The position numbers were made by a program, and so were the translations under genes. From an uncultured Chloroflexia bacterium (GTDB lineage Bacteria; Chloroflexota; Limnocylindria; Limnocylindrales; CSP1-4): a DNA stretch of 64,000 nucleotides. The notes beneath the pieces were generated by a model that made no database searches, had not been told where the DNA came from, and saw only the letters and a program-made list of their open reading frames with translations. This document shows, piece by piece, positions 58,882-64,000 of this stretch. The stretch spans positions 480,001 to 544,000 of the forward strand of contig CAVXPZ010000001.1 in NCBI GenBank assembly GCA_963763775.1, given 5' to 3'. Each line of letters starts with the position of its first letter. Position 1 is the first letter of the stretch.

Positions 58882-59838
58882 AGGTCGGTCATCGGTCGGT
58901 CATCGTCCTCGCCGGAGCCTACCCCGATGGCCGCACGCACGTCATCACCGACCGACGGCGGCACCCACAGCCGCGCATGCGACTCGGCGTACGTTCCGGT
59001 GTCCCCGTGGTAATCCGTGCCGCCGGTGGGCACGAGCCCGAGCGTGCGGGCGACGGCCCCGACCATCGTGACCGTGTCGGCGTCGAAGGAGCGGTAGTAG
59101 ACCTCGAGGCCGCCGAGCCCGGCGTCGATGAGGTCGCGGAGGACGGACATCCGCGACGGCGCCTCGCTGAAATGCGCGAGCGAGGGCAGGCCGCCTGCCG
59201 CACGGATCGCCGAGATCGCCTCGGACGGGCCGAGGCCCTCGCGCGGGACGTAGGCCGGGCAGCCCCATCCGAGCAGCCGGCGGAAGGCGTCCTCGACGCT
59301 GGTCGCGTGCCCCGCGGCCATGAGCGCCCGGGCGACCGTCGGACGGCCGAGCGCGTCGCCGTCGCCGGCATCGAGCTCGGCGACCTGGGCGTCGATCGCG
59401 AGCCCGAGCTCGCGGAGGCGGTCGACGGTTCGCTCGAAGCGGACCCGCCGGCGATCCCGCTGCGACCCGAGCGCCGCCTCGAACGCGGCATCGGCCGGGT
59501 CCATCCCGAAGCCGAGGATGTGGAGCTCGCCCTCCCACAGCCCGAGGTCGCGCGTGACGATCGCGTTGATCTCCACGCCCGGCAGCAACGTCATCGCCGT
59601 CCGGCACCCCGTCGGCGGCGACCACCTCGCGGTAGCCGGCGAGGGTGTCGTGGTCGGTCAGCGCGAACGTCCGCACGCCGACCGCGAATGCCTCCTCGAC
59701 GAGCGCGGCCGGCGCGACGATGCCGTCGGAGCGGGTCGTGTGGGCGTGCAGGTCGACGGTCGTCGGCGGGTGGTCCCGAGTCCGTCCCGCCTCGACTGGC
59801 GGCAGCGGGTCGTGGCGTCGCCGGCGGCCGGTCGTCAC
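58878..59838 (-). CDS. PHP-domain phosphoesterase (TrpH-like), frameshifted near 59595
   Basis: DLHAHTTRSDG, ALTDHDT, GVEI, HILG, LAH, GGTDYHG. Confidence 0.9.
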
Positions 59839-59842
59839 GCGG

Positions 59843-60634
59843 TCAGCCCTCGAGCAGCCGCTGGATGCGCTCGATCTGCAGGGCCCGGCCGGTCGCGGGA
59901 TCGATGTCCACCTGGACCGCGTTGAAGATGACCGGGCCCTCACCCACCTCGAACCGGGTCGGGAGCGCGTTGATGAACCGCGGCAGGACGGTCCGCGGGG
60001 CGAATCCGATGACACTCCAGACAGGTCCGGTCATCCCCAGGTCGGTCTGGTAGGCGGTGCCATTCGGGAGGATCCGCTCATCACCGGTCACGACGTGGGT
60101 ATGCGTCCCCACCACCACGCTGACCCGCCCGTCGAGGTAGAGCCCGAGGGCGTTCTTCTCGGAGGTCAGCTCGCAGTGGAAGTCGACGAGCCGGACCGGT
60201 GGCAGCGGCTCGGCGGACTCGTCCAGCAGCCGGTCGGCATCGGTGAACGGGTTCTCGATCTGCTGCATGTACGTCCGACCCTGGAGATTGATCACGGTGA
60301 CGTCCGTGCCGTCCATGGCGCCGTACACACCCCAGCCGCGCCCGGGGACCTCGTGCGTGCCGTAGTTGAGCGGCCGCAGGACGCGGTCGTTCGCGTCGAG
60401 GAACGGGTAGATCTCGCGCTTGTCCCAGATGTGGTTCCCCGAGGTGATGACGTCGACCCCGGCGGCCAGCAGCGATTCGGCGGTGGACGGCGTCAGGCCC
60501 ATGCCGCCTGCCACGTTCTCGCCGTTGGCGGTGACGAAGTCGATGCCGCGCTCGTCGCGCAGGGCCGGCAGGATCTCCTCGACGGCGGCCCGACCGGGCT
60601 TGCCGATCAGGTCCCCGATCATCAGGACGCGCAG
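59843..60634 (-). CDS. ymdB: YmdB/TIGR00282 metallophosphoesterase (start uncertain)
   Basis: GDLIG.PGR, NGEN, TSGNH, LRPLN, DFHCE.TSEK, GTHTHV, DLGMTG. Confidence 0.92.
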   Translation of the reverse strand: MRVLMIGDLIGKPGRAAVEEILPALRDERGIDFVTANGENVAGGMGLTPSTAESLLAAGVDVITSGNHIWDKREIYPFLDANDRVLRPLNYGTHEVPGRGWGVYGAMDGTDVTVINLQGRTYMQQIENPFTDADRLLDESAEPLPPVRLVDFHCELTSEKNALGLYLDGRVSVVVGTHTHVVTGDERILPNGTAYQTDLGMTGPVWSVIGFAPRTVLPRFINALPTRFEVGEGPVIFNAVQVDIDPATGRALQIERIQRLLEG

Positions 60635-60717
60635 GGCCCCCTTCGGCCGGGAGGCGTTGCCGTTGGGCGGGTTGCCGAGTCGCGTCGGCCGATGGGCGCG
60701 TCAGTCCCGTCGGCGGC

Positions 60718-62247
60718 TTACTTCGCGAACTCCACGGCCCGCGTCTCGCGGATGACCGTCACCTTGATCTGGCCCGGGTAGGTCAGCTGCTCCTCGATCT
60801 TCTTGACGATGTCGCGGGCGAGCCGCGACGCGGTGAGGTCGTCGATCTCCTCCGGGCGCACGAGGATGCGGACCTCGCGGCCGGCCTGGACCGCGAACGA
60901 GCGCTCGACGCCCGCGAAGCTCTCCGCGATCGCCTGCAGGTCCTCGAGCCGCTTGACGTACGTGTCCATCGACTCACCGCGTGCCCCGGGCCGCGACGCG
61001 CTGATCGCATCGGCGACCTGCACGATCGGGGCCTCCAGGCAGGCGTACTCGACCTCCTGGTGGTGCGCCGCGATCCCGTTGATCACCTTGAACGGCAGGT
61101 TGTGCCGCTGGGCGATGGCCGCGCCGATGGCCGCGTGCGGCCCTTCGACCTCGTGGTCGACGGCCTTGCCGATGTCGTGGAGCAGGCCGCCCATCTTGGC
61201 GATCTGGACGTCCGCGCCGATCTCGGCGGCGATGACGGCCGCCAGGTGGCTCGTCTCGACCACGTGGTTGAGCACGTTCTGCCCGTAGCTCGTGCGGAAC
61301 TTGAGCCGGCCCAGGAGCTTGATGATCTCCGCGGGCAGGCCCGGGACGCCGGCCTCGTAGGCGGCCTGCTCGCCGGCCTGGCGCATGACCAGGTCGACCT
61401 CGGCGCGGGCCTTGGCCACGACCTCCTCGATGCGGCCCGGATGGATGCGGCCGTCGGCGATCAGCTTGGTGATCGCCAGGCGGGCGATCTCCCGGCGGAC
61501 CGGGTCGAAGCCGGACAGGACGACCGTCTCCGGCGTGTCGTCGATGATCAGGTCGACGCCGGTGGCCTGCTCCAGGGCCCGGATGTTGCGGCCTTCGCGG
61601 CCGATGATCCGGCCCTTCATCTCGTCCGAGGGCAGGTGGACCACCGACACCGTGTGCTCGGCGGTGTGGTCGGCGGCCACGCGCTGCATCGCGGTGACGA
61701 CGATGTCGCGGGCCTTGTCCTGGGCTTCCTCGCGGGCGGAGCGCTCGATGGCACGGGCAAGCTTGACGGCGTCGTGCTCGGCCTCCTCACGGACGGCCTC
61801 GAGCAGGACGGTCTTCGCGTCGTCGGCGGACATCCCCGACACGCGCTCGAGGGCATCGACCTGCTGCTGATGGGCGTGCGCGAGTTCCTCGCGGGTCTTG
61901 TCCAGTTCGCGTTCGCGATCGAGGAGCTTGCGGTCGCGCTGCTCGAGCATGTCGGTGCGCTGGTCGAGCTGCTCGTCCCTTGCCAGAAGCCGGCGTTCGA
62001 GGTTCGAGAGCTCGTTGCGCTTCGCGCGGGCCTCGTCCTCGGCCTCGGCCTGCATGCGGAGCTTCTCGTCCTTCGCCTCGAGGATGAGTTCCTTCTGGCG
62101 AGCGCGCGCCTCGGCCTCGATGCGGCGGGCCTCGGACTGCGCCGCCTTCATCGTCTGCGAGGCCCAGAGGCTGCGCAACAGCCAGCCGAGTACGGCTCCG
62201 CCGACGATGGCCGCGAGGGCCACCGCCACGACGACCGGTGTGTCCAT
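60718..62247 (-). CDS. rny: Ribonuclease Y
   Basis: N-terminal TM, coiled coil, KH ([12 protein letters not shown]), HD (LLHDIGK), [12 protein letters not shown]. Confidence 0.97.
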   Translation of the reverse strand: MDTPVVVAVALAAIVGGAVLGWLLRSLWASQTMKAAQSEARRIEAEARARQKELILEAKDEKLRMQAEAEDEARAKRNELSNLERRLLARDEQLDQRTDMLEQRDRKLLDRERELDKTREELAHAHQQQVDALERVSGMSADDAKTVLLEAVREEAEHDAVKLARAIERSAREEAQDKARDIVVTAMQRVAADHTAEHTVSVVHLPSDEMKGRIIGREGRNIRALEQATGVDLIIDDTPETVVLSGFDPVRREIARLAITKLIADGRIHPGRIEEVVAKARAEVDLVMRQAGEQAAYEAGVPGLPAEIIKLLGRLKFRTSYGQNVLNHVVETSHLAAVIAAEIGADVQIAKMGGLLHDIGKAVDHEVEGPHAAIGAAIAQRHNLPFKVINGIAAHHQEVEYACLEAPIVQVADAISASRPGARGESMDTYVKRLEDLQAIAESFAGVERSFAVQAGREVRILVRPEEIDDLTASRLARDIVKKIEEQLTYPGQIKVTVIRETRAVEFAK

Positions 62248-62435
62248 CAGTGATCCTCCCATCCGGTCGAATCGCGCGACCGGAGGTCATGTCTACGATG
62301 CAGCAGCGCCAAGCGCGAGGAAGGGACATCCGACCGAGGTCCCTACGCGTCCGTCTCGAGTCCCTCCTGGGCCGCGATCGGCACTGTCTTCGGGCTGGAA
62401 CGCCGCTCGGGCGGCGTTGGATTCATCTGCCGCGT

Positions 62436-62464
62436 AGCCTACGAGCCGCGGGCCGGAGGGTCAA
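62436..62464 (-). promoter_or_regulatory. Sigma70-type promoter of rny
   Basis: Minus-strand TTGACC-17nt-TAGGCT. Confidence 0.7.
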
Positions 62465-62524
62465 CCGAGACGACACCGGGCGACGACCATGCGACGACAG
62501 GCCGGGGCTGCCGTCGCGCGTCGC

Positions 62525-63106
62525 TCAATCCGCGTCGCTCGCGGGATCGTCCGTCGGCGCCCCGGAAAGCGCCGCGACCTCGCGGCAGGTCTCGGGGTCG
62601 AAGCCGTGGCGTGCCAGGAGCGCATACGCCCGCTGCCGGCGTTGCCGCGGATCGGGGACGCGGGCGAGGGCCCGGGCGTGCTTGGCGATGAGTCGCTCCG
62701 CCGCCACGCGGTCGACCGACACGGGCACGTCATCCGCGTCGACCGTCGCTCCACCGGCTCGCCGGTCGGCCATCACGGCATCGACCGTCGTCCGGTCGAT
62801 GCCCTTGAGGGCGAGTTCCTGGCGGATGGCTCGCTCACCGCGCGGCCGGGCGCGATCACGGGACTCGACCCAGGCACGCGCGAACATCTCGTCGTCGAGC
62901 ACGCCGAACTCCGTCAGCTTGACGATCGCCGCCTCGACGAGGGCAGGCTGGTACCCCGTGGACGTGAGCCGACGCCGAACCTCCGCGACGGAGCGCGACC
63001 GTGCCTCGAGGAACCTGCCGGCGGCTTCGAGGACGACCTGCGGGTCGTCGACGGCCGCCTTGGCGTCCTGGCGCTCGGCGAAGGACCTCGACGGACGTCC
63101 AGCCAT
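62525..63106 (-). CDS. recX: Regulatory protein RecX
   Basis: RSRSVAEVRRRL, LDDEMFA, RGERAIRQEL..KGI, LARHGF; follows recA. Confidence 0.9.
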   Translation of the reverse strand: MAGRPSRSFAERQDAKAAVDDPQVVLEAAGRFLEARSRSVAEVRRRLTSTGYQPALVEAAIVKLTEFGVLDDEMFARAWVESRDRARPRGERAIRQELALKGIDRTTVDAVMADRRAGGATVDADDVPVSVDRVAAERLIAKHARALARVPDPRQRRQRAYALLARHGFDPETCREVAALSGAPTDDPASDAD

Positions 63107-63117
63107 GTGGCGATGGC

Positions 63118-63999
63118 CTATTCGGCCTCTTCGATGCCCTCGACCGGGATGACCGCGGCGTCGTCGGCGATCGCGCCACGGATCCGGCGCTCGATCTCCT
63201 CGGCCACGCCCGGGTTCCCCTTGAGGAACTCCTTGGATGCCTCGCGGCCCTGGCCGAGCCGCGTCTCGCCGAAGTTGAACCACGCCCCGGTCTTCGAGAC
63301 GACGTCCATCGCCACGCCGACGTCGAGCAGGCCGCCCTCCTTCGAAATGCCTTCCCCGTACATGACGTCGAATTCGGCGACGCGGAACGGCGGCGCGACC
63401 TTGTTCTTCACGACCTTGACACGCACCCGGTTGCCGACCGACTCGGTGCCGGTCTTGATGGTCTCGACGCGGCGGATGTCGAGCCGGACCGACGCGTAGA
63501 ACTTCAGCGCGCGGCCACCTGGCGTGGTCTCGGGGTTCCCGAACATGACGCCGATCTTCTCGCGCAGCTGGTTGGTGAACACGAGCGAGGTGTTCGAGCG
63601 CGAGACCGCACCGGTGAGCTTGCGCAGGGCCTGGCTCATGAGCCGGGCCTGGATGCCCATGAACGAGTCACCCATCTCGCCTTCGATCTCGGCGCGCGGC
63701 ACGAGGGCGGCGACGGAGTCCACCACGACGATGTCGATCCCGCCCGACCGGATCAGTGTCTCGGTGATCTCGAGCGCCTGCTCGCCGGTATCGGGCTGGC
63801 TGACGAGGAGCTCGTCGACGTTGACGCCGGTCTTCCGGGCGTACCCCGGATCGAGGGCATGCTCGACGTCGATGAACGCGGCGACGCCGCCACGGCGCTG
63901 GGCCTCGGCGATGACGTGCTGGCAGACGGTCGTCTTGCCCGACGACTCCGGCCCGAAGATCTCCGTGATGCGGCCGCGAGGGATGCCGCCGACGCCGAG
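63118..63999 (-). CDS. recA: Recombinase RecA (5' part outside window)
   Basis: [48 protein letters not shown]. Confidence 0.99.
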   Translation of the reverse strand, partial: LGVGGIPRGRITEIFGPESSGKTTVCQHVIAEAQRRGGVAAFIDVEHALDPGYARKTGVNVDELLVSQPDTGEQALEITETLIRSGGIDIVVVDSVAALVPRAEIEGEMGDSFMGIQARLMSQALRKLTGAVSRSNTSLVFTNQLREKIGVMFGNPETTPGGRALKFYASVRLDIRRVETIKTGTESVGNRVRVKVVKNKVAPPFRVAEFDVMYGEGISKEGGLLDVGVAMDVVSKTGAWFNFGETRLGQGREASKEFLKGNPGVAEEIERRIRGAIADDAAVIPVEGIEEAE

Positions 64000-64000
64000 G

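Noticed and set aside
1910-59838. About 16 frameshifted genes as mass pseudogenisation or programmed frameshifting
   Set aside because: The breaks also hit conserved housekeeping genes (miaA, miaB, PHP). Both halves keep intact motifs with no in-frame decay, and I saw no shared slippery motif. Indel errors of a long-read assembly are the simplest explanation; read mapping would settle it.

Overview
Very GC-rich chromosomal segment. It has roughly 65 mostly short genes and I saw no rRNA, tRNA, CRISPR array, transposase or phage genes. Taxonomy is an inference from gene content: rny + ymdB + recA-recX + miaB/miaA + hflX, many F420/flavin enzymes and high GC suggest a Chloroflexota (Limnocylindria-like) or actinobacterium-like soil organism. 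The left 44 kb is an accessory patchwork: F420/LLM oxidoreductases, VOC, SRPBCC/ArsR pairs, two ABC-2 exporters, a two-component system, a GntR sugar-acid cluster, and VanZ/VanW. The right end is the conserved recA-recX-rny-ymdB-PHP-miaB-miaA and hflX block. About 16 genes, including miaA and miaB, are broken by frame switches, which most likely reflects sequencing error. The most interesting region is about 44.3-54.2 kb, a candidate cell-envelope modification locus. It holds an unannotated 59-aa YIDPGSGS membrane micropeptide overlapping a kinase-like/methyltransferase (NoeA-like) gene, a convergent sulfatase/LtaS-fold membrane enzyme, a GtrA-HprK-like P-loop fusion and a GT-C glycosyltransferase. 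A 140-nt rod-shaped candidate ncRNA lies within it. Also notable: a dif-like XerCD site at 43895-43922 and a pervasive leaderless-promoter signature (a -10 hexamer 5-9 nt before the start codon). All family calls come from motif recognition by eye, not database searches.
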